Shown: positions 24,600-32,474 of the stretch, one piece after another
How the letters are laid out: the number at the start of each line of letters is the position of its first letter
Position numbering within the stretch: position 1 is the first letter of the stretch
Virus record (IMG/VR): IMGVR_UViG_2554235297_000015
Direction: 5' to 3' (one strand)
DNA: 32,474 nt
Origin: a virus
Taxonomy: Duplodnaviria; Heunggongvirae; Uroviricota; Caudoviricetes
Notes under the pieces: model-generated
Databases searched by the model: none
What the model was told of the DNA's origin: nothing
Seen by the model: the letters and a program-made list of their open reading frames with translations, nothing else
Position numbers and translations under genes: made by a program

Positions 24600-26862
24600 T
24601 TTCAAAGTTGGCATGACCCTGACTGCGAAGGACGAAGCCTCGCAGGTTCTGGAAAAGGGACAAAAACAGGTTATCAAAGCCACCGAAGGTGTAACAAAGG
24701 CAACCCGGAAGGCAGGCGCAGAGCAGACGCGTACCGGGCAGGAAAGCGTTAACAGCACGAAAAAGGCGGCAAAAGAGATACAGCGTGCCGCCCGTGCCCG
24801 GGAAACGCTCGGTATTCGTGCAGAACGTGAAATCCGGCGTGAAATTTATCAGACGGTTGCCAGCTATAACCGTCTGGCCCGCGCCGGTTTTGAATCTGCG
24901 CAGGAGCAGGAGCGCGCCATGCAGGCCACCCGGGAAAAAGCCCGGGCACTCAAGCGTGAACTGGATGGCGTTACTCAGGCTCAGATGAAGATGGCGAAAA
25001 CGCCTGTTATCCCTGAACCGGGGCGTTTTGCGCGTGCGGCTGCATTTGGCGGGAATGCCATGACAATAGGCGGCGGAATTATGGCAGGAGCCGCCATTAT
25101 GACGCAACCAGTCAGAAATCAAATGAGTTATGAACGTCAGCTCAGCATGATGGCGAACACGGCGTTCAGTGATGGTGGTCTGGAAGGCAGGCAGTTTGGG
25201 CGTGAAAAGCTGAAAAACAGTATCCGCGCGGCGGTAACGTATGGTGGCGGAACGAAAGAGGATGCAGCTGAAGCAATGAATGAGATGTTGGCCAGCGGCG
25301 CTTTTTCCTGGGATACCGCGAATAATCTCTTACCGCAGATTATGAAATTTGCTACTGCATCCGGCGCATCTCCACGCGATCTGGTCACTATGGCGGCCAA
25401 AGCTAAACAAACATTTGGACTGACAGATGACGACCTCCCGGCCATGTTTAATATGGCTGTCGCAGCAGGTAAAGCGGGTAATTTTGAGCTACGGGATATG
25501 GCGGAATATCTTGGACCTCAGATGGCATTAGCTGGTAACGCCGGAATGAAAGGACTGGATGGACTCCAGAAATTACTGGCATTTAATGAGGTCGCAGGGA
25601 TTGCCGCAGGCAGCAGCAGTGAAGCAGGTAATAACGTTGTAAACCTGCTGGCCAAACTTTTCAGTAGTGAATCAGCAACAAGGGCGAAAAGCATCACGAT
25701 TGATGGCAAAGGTATTGATCTACCTGGTACGTTGACCCGAGCTATGGAAAACGGCATTGATCCGATAGAAGCATTTTCACGCCTCACTGATAAAGTCACC
25801 GCGAACAACAAACAATATCAGGAGCTTCAGAAGCGTCTGGCAGCAACAAAAGACAAAGGCCAGCAGGACAAAATCCTAGAGTCTATGGCGAAAATTCTTG
25901 AGGGGTTCGGTGTTGGTGAGCTTGTTGGTGATATGCAGGCACTGAAGGCAATCCTGGCTTACAGGAATAACCCGGAATACCGAAAGCAGGTCGAAACTGA
26001 AATCAGTCAGCAACGCACCCTGCCGGAAGGTCAGCGCGCCGGAGATCTGGATTTTAAATTCATGTCAGGTACGAATGATTTTAAAACCGAACAGGCTAAA
26101 AACACGCTTGAATTTTCACAAATGGACAGCGTGAAAAAGCTGGCTGATGCGTCCGGTGCTGTGGCCGATGCCATAAGCTGGGCGGGTGAAAAGTTCCCGG
26201 GACTGACCACGGCAGTGGTGGGTGCCACGACCGCCATTGAAGCGATGACCGCAGCGGCCCTGACATGGGCCGGGATCAAAATCCTGACCGGGGGTAAACC
26301 CGGTGGCAAGGCTGGCGAGGTTGTCGGTGATGTCATTGAAAACACGGTCAAAAAAGGCAAAGGATTTAAATTCCCCGGCATCGCCGGTAGCCTGCTTTCT
26401 TTCGGTGGCACCGTTACGGCACTGGCCACCGCAACCAGCCCGGAGGAAGACGCCGCCGTCGAAGGAAGCGAAGAACGCTGGAAACGCATCCGCGCCCGAT
26501 ACACCCAGGAAGAAATCGACGCCGCCCGCAAAAAATACCAGCCATGGTGGCAGTTTGGGGAAGGCTATTCCACCGAAAACGAAGAATGGTTGAGGCGCTG
26601 GGAGGAAGACAGGAAAAAAGCCGCAGCTGATGCCCTGCCATCACCGGCGCAGGTTAACAAAGCCGCAGGAAACACAAAGCCTGAACCGGCATCAACTCAA
26701 CCCGGACGCATCACCCAGCCGGAATACCTCACGCACTGGGGACCACCTGCCAGTCCCATTAATTTCACCACACAACTGGTGCTCGATGGTCAGGTTGTGG
26801 CGGAGGCAGTGAACAAATACAACCTTCAGGACGGTAACAGAGGTACGGGAGGAACTTACTGA
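24589..26862 (+). CDS. tail tape measure protein, Mu gp42-like
   Basis: 757 aa, Ala/Gly-rich, hydrophobic stretch near the C-terminal third. Confidence 0.85.
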   Translation: MAGNFKVGMTLTAKDEASQVLEKGQKQVIKATEGVTKATRKAGAEQTRTGQESVNSTKKAAKEIQRAARARETLGIRAEREIRREIYQTVASYNRLARAGFESAQEQERAMQATREKARALKRELDGVTQAQMKMAKTPVIPEPGRFARAAAFGGNAMTIGGGIMAGAAIMTQPVRNQMSYERQLSMMANTAFSDGGLEGRQFGREKLKNSIRAAVTYGGGTKEDAAEAMNEMLASGAFSWDTANNLLPQIMKFATASGASPRDLVTMAAKAKQTFGLTDDDLPAMFNMAVAAGKAGNFELRDMAEYLGPQMALAGNAGMKGLDGLQKLLAFNEVAGIAAGSSSEAGNNVVNLLAKLFSSESATRAKSITIDGKGIDLPGTLTRAMENGIDPIEAFSRLTDKVTANNKQYQELQKRLAATKDKGQQDKILESMAKILEGFGVGELVGDMQALKAILAYRNNPEYRKQVETEISQQRTLPEGQRAGDLDFKFMSGTNDFKTEQAKNTLEFSQMDSVKKLADASGAVADAISWAGEKFPGLTTAVVGATTAIEAMTAAALTWAGIKILTGGKPGGKAGEVVGDVIENTVKKGKGFKFPGIAGSLLSFGGTVTALATATSPEEDAAVEGSEERWKRIRARYTQEEIDAARKKYQPWWQFGEGYSTENEEWLRRWEEDRKKAAADALPSPAQVNKAAGNTKPEPASTQPGRITQPEYLTHWGPPASPINFTTQLVLDGQVVAEAVNKYNLQDGNRGTGGTY

Positions 26863-28211
26863 TGGGCTGGGCTGAAAACCTGCAAAACGCTTCCTTTCGT
26901 GGCGTGCAGTTTGAGGTGCTGAATACTGACGAACAAATCAGCCGCGACCATGCGGTCTATGAATACCCGTTTGTTGACGGGGCGGATTTGCACGACCTCG
27001 GACGCAAGGCGCGACCGTTCCGCATGACGGCGTTCCTGTGGGGCGATGACTATGAATATAAACTCGGGAAACTGACCGCCGCCCTGGATGAAGGCGGCGA
27101 TGGTGAACTGATTCATCCGGTTTATGGCTCTGTGCCGTCGGTGATTGTGACCGGCTACAGCATCCGCCATGACGCAGAAAGCCCGGACAGCTGCACCATT
27201 GACATGAGTTTTCTGGAAAACCGCACCGGTAGCGCGTTGTTCAGCACCCCGTTACCGGAGCTGTTCGCGCAACAGTTGTTTGATGAACTGGACACTTTAC
27301 AGGCGCGGTTAAGTGATTTTTTTGATGCCGTTACTGCACCTTTAAATACCGTTAACAGCATGATTAAAAAAGCCCAGACAGTGCGTGCCACACTGGTGAA
27401 TACCCTGCTGTCGTTCAAAAGTGATTTTGTCTCCACTGTCGATAATATCGTGTCACTGGCAGGCGAACCCGGAAAATTTATCAATGAACTGGCAGAGGTG
27501 CTGGAAATCCACACATCAGATGTCGGGCAACCGGTGCAGGTTCTGCAACGTGTTGATTCTGCCACCCGGACCGGGTTGGCAGGAGAGACGACCGTCGCCA
27601 GTTCTGCGACAGTGATGAACTGCTGGAATAAGGTCATCACTGATATGGATGAATTTGTTGCGTTGCCTGTTACCCTGGTCAGTGGCGATAAAGTAGCGGA
27701 GGTGGCACTTCCTGTGGATGCCTCGCCAGACGATGTGCAGGATGTGAAAGCAGTTTACGCAACACAGGCCGCATCTGAACTGGCCAGTGTTGCAATGGCG
27801 ATACTGGTTGATGATGCGCAGTCAGAACAGCTTATACCGGCGGATATCGGGCGACTGGTCGGGGATGTGCGCACCCGCTTACAGGCTGTCATCACGCTGT
27901 TCCGTGAACGCTATGAAGGCGAACGCGAACGGATAACCGAAACCGCATCACCACTGGGGCTGATGTACCCAGAAATCATTCAGAGCATGAAGAACGTGGC
28001 GGCATCCGTGCAGGATGTCGGCCTGCTGGTTCTGTCACGCCGCCCACCGCTGACGCAGAAACAGGTGCAGGCGGACAGCTGTCTGCTGTTGCTGGCGTGT
28101 CAGTGGTACGGTGATTACAGCCGTGCGGCAGAGCTGCAACGTCTGAACCCGCAGCTGCGTGACCCGAACAACATAACCGCCGGGATGGTGATTAATGCCT
28201 ACGCAAAATAA
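26862..28211 (+). CDS. DNA circularization protein, Mu N (gp43)-like
   Basis: 449 aa. N-terminal region resembles the Mu N DNA-circularisation domain. Follows the tape measure gene. Confidence 0.8.
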   Translation: MGWAENLQNASFRGVQFEVLNTDEQISRDHAVYEYPFVDGADLHDLGRKARPFRMTAFLWGDDYEYKLGKLTAALDEGGDGELIHPVYGSVPSVIVTGYSIRHDAESPDSCTIDMSFLENRTGSALFSTPLPELFAQQLFDELDTLQARLSDFFDAVTAPLNTVNSMIKKAQTVRATLVNTLLSFKSDFVSTVDNIVSLAGEPGKFINELAEVLEIHTSDVGQPVQVLQRVDSATRTGLAGETTVASSATVMNCWNKVITDMDEFVALPVTLVSGDKVAEVALPVDASPDDVQDVKAVYATQAASELASVAMAILVDDAQSEQLIPADIGRLVGDVRTRLQAVITLFRERYEGERERITETASPLGLMYPEIIQSMKNVAASVQDVGLLVLSRRPPLTQKQVQADSCLLLLACQWYGDYSRAAELQRLNPQLRDPNNITAGMVINAYAK

Positions 28212-29406
28212 CGACGACAAAATCAGCCTGGTCATTGCCGGAAGGTCGCATTCTGACTGGAGCAGTTATCGTATTGACAGCGATTTCCTGAAAGCCGCCG
28301 ACGGCTGGCAGCTTCAGCTGGGACTGCCTGAAAAGGTGTTCCCGGCGGATATCGTCCGGGGCGCGCCGGTCCGGTTGCAGGTGGGAGACGAGACGGTGCT
28401 CAGTGGTCGCGTGGACAGCGTGCGCCGCAGTGTATCCCGTCAGAGCTGCACGCTGGCCCTGTCCGGGCGTGATGATGCTGCCATTCTGGTGGACTGTGCC
28501 GCGCCGGTGTTCAGCGCCAATCAGCTGACGCTGGACGAGGTCATCGACAGGATAGTCAGACCACTGGGGATACAGCGCATCCGTATACAGGCGTCCGGCG
28601 TGTCACGTAATGACAAAGTTGTTATTGAGCCTGGGATGCGTGCGTGGGATGCACTGGCCAAAGCTGCCGCCGGTCGCGGCTTATGGCCGTGGTTTGAGCC
28701 TGACGGGACGCTGGTTGTGGGTGGCCCTGACTACACCACCACGCCGGTGGATACGCTGATTCTGAAGCTGAACGGCACCGGGAACAACGTGATGGAGCTG
28801 GACGATACCCGGTCCATTAACGGCTGTTTCTCCGAACTTACTGTGCTGGCCCAGAGCCACGCCCGCCGCGCAGACAGCAAGAAACAGGTGGCCGTGGTGC
28901 CGCTGGATATCTGGAACGAGGACGGCAGCGTGCGCACATTGTCCGGGCAGGACAGCGGTAATACGGACAGTGGCCAGACAGGCATTCATAACATGAAAGC
29001 CGTTGCCACCGACCCCACCGTGGATTATTACCGCCCGCAGATAATCACCCAGGGCGACACCAGCAATCTGGAGCAGGTGAACTGGCGCGCAAAAAAAATG
29101 ATGAGTGATGCCCGCCTGTCGGGGCTGGATATCGTCGCGCTGGTTGCAGGTCATCGCACGGCAGATGGTGTTCTGTGGCAGCCCGGCCAGCGGGTGCGGA
29201 TTGTCAGCGAACTCCACGGCATTGATGCCATCTTTTTCCTGATGGGGCGTGAGTTCAGCGGAGGCCGGAACGGGCAGACAACCCGGCTCCGCTTTAAGGA
29301 GGACGGCGTGTGGATACCTGATGCCTTCCCGCGCGAGAAGAAACGCCATCACCGCAGGGGCAAAAAGAAAAAAGAGGTCGCCATTGTTAAGGTCTGGGAG
29401 AAATGA
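28195..29406 (+). CDS. baseplate hub/tail protein, Mu P (gp44)-like
   Basis: 403 aa, conserved position. Confidence 0.8.
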   Translation: MPTQNNDDKISLVIAGRSHSDWSSYRIDSDFLKAADGWQLQLGLPEKVFPADIVRGAPVRLQVGDETVLSGRVDSVRRSVSRQSCTLALSGRDDAAILVDCAAPVFSANQLTLDEVIDRIVRPLGIQRIRIQASGVSRNDKVVIEPGMRAWDALAKAAAGRGLWPWFEPDGTLVVGGPDYTTTPVDTLILKLNGTGNNVMELDDTRSINGCFSELTVLAQSHARRADSKKQVAVVPLDIWNEDGSVRTLSGQDSGNTDSGQTGIHNMKAVATDPTVDYYRPQIITQGDTSNLEQVNWRAKKMMSDARLSGLDIVALVAGHRTADGVLWQPGQRVRIVSELHGIDAIFFLMGREFSGGRNGQTTRLRFKEDGVWIPDAFPREKKRHHRRGKKKKEVAIVKVWEK

Positions 29407-30056
29407 TGTGGGACAAAGTTAATCAACGCGTACAGCAGGCACTGGCCGCCGTTCGCCAGGCATTCAGGGTGGTGACCGGTACGGTGGACAGTTCGACCAA
29501 AGTACAGCTGCTTCAGCTTAACGGGCTGGCTGGCGAACAGCTGGACGGTGCGGAGTATTTTCAGCATTACGGCCTCACCACATCCCCGCCGCCCGGCTCA
29601 ATGGGTATTGCCGTTCCGCTGAACGGCAATACCTCCCATACTGTCGTGGTGGCCACAGAGCACGGCGCATATCGTCTGACGGAACTGAAACCCGGGGAAG
29701 TGGCCCTGTATACCGATGAAGGCGCGAAAATCGTACTGAAGCGCGGACGGGTTATTGAAACCGAATGTGACGTTTATCGCGTGAAATGCAAACGCTACGA
29801 GGTTGAGGCAGAGGAGAACGCCACATTCACGACACCGTTACTGACAGCCAGTGACAGGCTGACGGTGGAAGGCAAAATCACCGGCAACGGTGGCATGGCC
29901 ATCAGTGGAGGCAAGGGATACACTGCCACCTTTGAAGGCAATATCAACCATGTGGGTGGAGTGATTACCTCCGTTGACGTCACCATTAATGGCGTTAAAA
30001 TCGGAACGCACAAACATCCAACCCCACACGGCATGTCTGACACGCCGGTTAATTAA
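29403..30056 (+). CDS. baseplate assembly/spike protein, Mu gp45-like
   Basis: 217 aa, ATGA overlap with P. Confidence 0.75.
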   Translation: MMWDKVNQRVQQALAAVRQAFRVVTGTVDSSTKVQLLQLNGLAGEQLDGAEYFQHYGLTTSPPPGSMGIAVPLNGNTSHTVVVATEHGAYRLTELKPGEVALYTDEGAKIVLKRGRVIETECDVYRVKCKRYEVEAEENATFTTPLLTASDRLTVEGKITGNGGMAISGGKGYTATFEGNINHVGGVITSVDVTINGVKIGTHKHPTPHGMSDTPVN

Positions 30057-30070
30057 GTGCTGAACACCCT
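30056..30070 (+). promoter_or_regulatory. dyad element copy C (AGTG ctgaa CACCCT), between gp45 and gp46
   Basis: Starts at the last base of the gp45 stop codon. About 40 nt upstream of the gp46 ATG. Confidence 0.4.
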
Positions 30071-30109
30071 CACCTGATTCTGACCTGTCCATGCTGCCAG
30101 ACTGGCGGC

Positions 30110-30460
30110 ATGGACCAGACGATTTCACCTGCAACCGGCGACTACGAACGCCGTCGGATTTATACCCTTCATAACGCGGTTTATCTGCGACTGGCGACGC
30201 CGCTTGGCAGTTACTGGGCGGATGCGTTGCTGGGGTCACGCCTGCACGAGCTGAAGCGGGAAAAAGACGTTTCCCGTGTTCATAAGCTTGCGGCGCAGTA
30301 TGCCAGCCAGGCACTTCAGCCCCTGCTCGATGACGGGCGGGCAAAATCCATTACCGTTGACACAAAACCGGGGCAGCGCGGCTGGTTGTTGCTGTTAATC
30401 ACCGTCACGGATAACGCGGGCACACCGCAGACGTTTGAACACCCTGTGAGGATTATGTAA
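30110..30460 (+). CDS. baseplate protein, Mu gp46-like
   Basis: 116 aa, precedes the baseplate J-like gene. Confidence 0.7.
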   Translation: MDQTISPATGDYERRRIYTLHNAVYLRLATPLGSYWADALLGSRLHELKREKDVSRVHKLAAQYASQALQPLLDDGRAKSITVDTKPGQRGWLLLLITVTDNAGTPQTFEHPVRIM

Positions 30461-31539
30461 TGCCGTTTCCTGTTCCGGGCGTTGCTGAAAACACAGAACG
30501 CCAGCTACGTGATATCGCTAACGCCCTGCCGGGCGAAACCATCGACACCGGCGCTGACAGCGATTACCGCATTCGTGCAAATGCCGTATCCGGCGTGGCG
30601 GACGGACTGTATATGCATCAGGGGTGGATACTCCGTCAGGTGTTTCCTGATACGGCAGACCCTGAATATCTGGAGTTGCACTGCCGCACGCGCAATGTTT
30701 TTCGTAAAAAAGCAACGGCCTCATCCGGTCCGGCAGTGATTACCGGCACACCCGGTAAGACGCTGCCAGCCGGTGCGGAAATTCGTGGTGAAGGTGTCAG
30801 CGTGGCCACCGCAGCAGACTGCACCGTCGGTGATGAAGGCAGCGCAGAGGTGACGGTAAAAAGCACTGCCACGGGTGCACAGACGAATGCATCCACGACG
30901 CAGACGGCAACGCTGGTCAGCCCACCTGAAGGCATCAACAGCACGGTGACGATTAAATCCCTGACCGGCGGAACGGACAGGGAAAGCGACGCCGACCTGC
31001 TGGCGCGTTATCTGGATATTCTGCGCAGGCCGCCCGCTGGCGGTAATAAATATGATTACAAACGCTGGGCGCTGGAAGTGGATGGCGTTACGTCTGCGTA
31101 TGTGGAGCCGTTGCGTCGTGGACTGGGGACGGTTGATGTGGCCATTACGTCAGCCAATGACCTCCCTTCGCAGGAACTGATTAATGCCGTGCTGGCACAT
31201 ATTGAGGAAGTCCGCCCGGTGACAGCGAAGGACACGATGGTGCTGGCCCCGACGAAAAAAGCCGTTGATTTCGTTGTCCGGGTAAAAACCAGTGGTCTTA
31301 CTGTTGAACAGATAAAACCACAGATAACTGAAGTTATCACGGATTTTATGAACCGGCTGGAGCCGGGGCAGGAATTAATTATTTCACAACTGGAAACTCA
31401 GATTTCATTAATTTCTGGCATCAGTGACCGGCGAATTATTATGCCGTCAGATAATGTAAAAGCAGTTGTCAATGAATCCACATGGGAGTGGCTGCGTCCG
31501 GGGAATATTGATATCCAGCCATTTCCCCGGGAGAGTTAA
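30460..31539 (+). CDS. baseplate J-like protein, Mu gp47-like
   Basis: 359 aa, ATGA overlap with gp46. Confidence 0.8.
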   Translation: MPFPVPGVAENTERQLRDIANALPGETIDTGADSDYRIRANAVSGVADGLYMHQGWILRQVFPDTADPEYLELHCRTRNVFRKKATASSGPAVITGTPGKTLPAGAEIRGEGVSVATAADCTVGDEGSAEVTVKSTATGAQTNASTTQTATLVSPPEGINSTVTIKSLTGGTDRESDADLLARYLDILRRPPAGGNKYDYKRWALEVDGVTSAYVEPLRRGLGTVDVAITSANDLPSQELINAVLAHIEEVRPVTAKDTMVLAPTKKAVDFVVRVKTSGLTVEQIKPQITEVITDFMNRLEPGQELIISQLETQISLISGISDRRIIMPSDNVKAVVNESTWEWLRPGNIDIQPFPRES

Positions 31540-31542
31540 TAC

Positions 31543-32115
31543 ATGAATACGGTTGATTTATTTCGTGCCATGTTACCACCGGTCAGCTATGACCCGAACG
31601 GGAAATATATTTCAGCAGAACTGAACGCAGAAGCAGCCATTATGGATGAAGTAAAAGCGTCAGCTGCACGAGTGCTTGCATCTGTCACACCATTTTACGC
31701 ATCCATGACGCTGTCTGACTGGGAACGAGTGTATGGAGTAATACCCCGCGACGGTGCCACACAGCAGGAACGCCGAGAAAATATTCTTATAAAGATGGCT
31801 GCAACTGGTGGGTTATCTATCCCTTATTTTAAACAACTTGCAGCCAGCCTCGGGTACACCATAACAATTACTGAACTTCATCCATTCAGAGCGGGGATAA
31901 ACCGATGTGGTGATCGTCTCTATATAACAGATGCCCGATGGATTTGGCAGGTTAATGTCACAGGAAGCAGAACGCCAGCCTACAGATTCAGAACCGGAGT
32001 ATCTGCTGCCGGGGAGCCGTTACTTTCCTTTGGTGCCCCTGTACTGGAAGAAACATTTAAAGACCTTAAACCCGCTTTTACTTATTGCCATTTCACATAT
32101 AAGGAGGAGCAGTAA
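31543..32115 (+). CDS. tail protein, Mu gp48-like (DUF2313)
   Basis: 190 aa, AT-richer than upstream tail genes. Confidence 0.7.
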   Translation: MNTVDLFRAMLPPVSYDPNGKYISAELNAEAAIMDEVKASAARVLASVTPFYASMTLSDWERVYGVIPRDGATQQERRENILIKMAATGGLSIPYFKQLAASLGYTITITELHPFRAGINRCGDRLYITDARWIWQVNVTGSRTPAYRFRTGVSAAGEPLLSFGAPVLEETFKDLKPAFTYCHFTYKEEQ

Positions 32116-32474
32116 TGCAAAATCTGATGCCCCCGATAAATACACCGGATCAATTGTTTCATGATGGTGACCCCACTCAGGGGATAGAAGGAACCCTCGT
32201 GACTGCTGGTTATTTAAACAATCAGCAGGGGGCAACCCGTGATTTACAGCAGGAACTCCTTAATGTTCTTGGTGGTGCACATATTCAACCTGACCCCAAA
32301 AAAACGGATCAGCTACTTACCGCGCTTCGCGCGTTGCTGTTAAGCCGCAAGAATCCGTTTGGCGATATCAAATTGGACGGCACGGTGCAAAAGGCTCTCG
32401 AAAACCTTGGTTTGGGAGAAACGATAGATAAAGCCTCCGGAGCTATGCAGAAATCGGCTAATGGATCTGATATT
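32115..32474 (+). CDS. tail fibre protein, N-terminal part (truncated by the window end)
   Basis: Open frame from ATG 32115 (TAATG overlap with gp48) to the last base of the window, 120 codons without a stop. Position matches the Mu tail fibre gene. Confidence 0.55.
   Translation, partial: MQNLMPPINTPDQLFHDGDPTQGIEGTLVTAGYLNNQQGATRDLQQELLNVLGGAHIQPDPKKTDQLLTALRALLLSRKNPFGDIKLDGTVQKALENLGLGETIDKASGAMQKSANGSDI

Larger units (their letters stand above)
1..32474 (+). mobile_element. Mu-like transposable prophage, partial (early, lysis, head and tail modules; both ends lie outside the window)
   Basis: Collinear Mu-type gene order ner-A-B-gemA-Mor/C-lysis-gp27-terminase-portal-F-G-I-T-sheath-tube-tape measure-N-P-gp45-gp46-gp47-gp48-tail fibre. 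DDE transposase plus AAA+ partner and no integrase. Confidence 0.85.

Noticed and set aside
1-32474. CRISPR arrays, tRNA or rRNA genes, integrase, attachment-site repeats
   Set aside because: No direct-repeat/spacer periodicity, no tRNA-like cloverleaf candidates and no tyrosine or serine recombinase were seen. Mu-like elements use transposition, and the prophage ends lie outside the window.

Overview
The window is almost entirely one Mu-like transposable prophage, read left to right from its early end: ner, a MuA-like DDE transposase, a MuB-like AAA+ ATPase, a roughly 5 kb early region of small overlapping ORFs, gemA, a Mor/C-family activator, a lysis cassette, packaging genes, head genes and tail genes through to a tail-fibre gene cut by the window edge. 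Neither prophage end nor the repressor is inside the window. Nearly all genes are on the + strand with frequent start/stop overlaps. The features that depart from the canonical Mu layout are: (1) an orphan beta-class N6-adenine-type DNA methyltransferase wedged between the small and large terminase genes; (2) an AT-rich moron encoding a signal-peptide protein with its own terminator between gemA and the Mor/C gene; (3) a single reverse-oriented small gene with a strong RBS inside the early operon; (4) a dyad element (GGGTG-CTGAA-CACCC) present three times, each upstream of a late gene block; (5) a perfect AT-rich palindrome in the G-I intergenic region, where Mu carries its strong gyrase site; (6) a drop in GC content beginning in the tail-fibre module. 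All protein assignments rest on reading the translated ORFs against remembered family signatures; no database search was run. No tRNA, rRNA or CRISPR array was seen.
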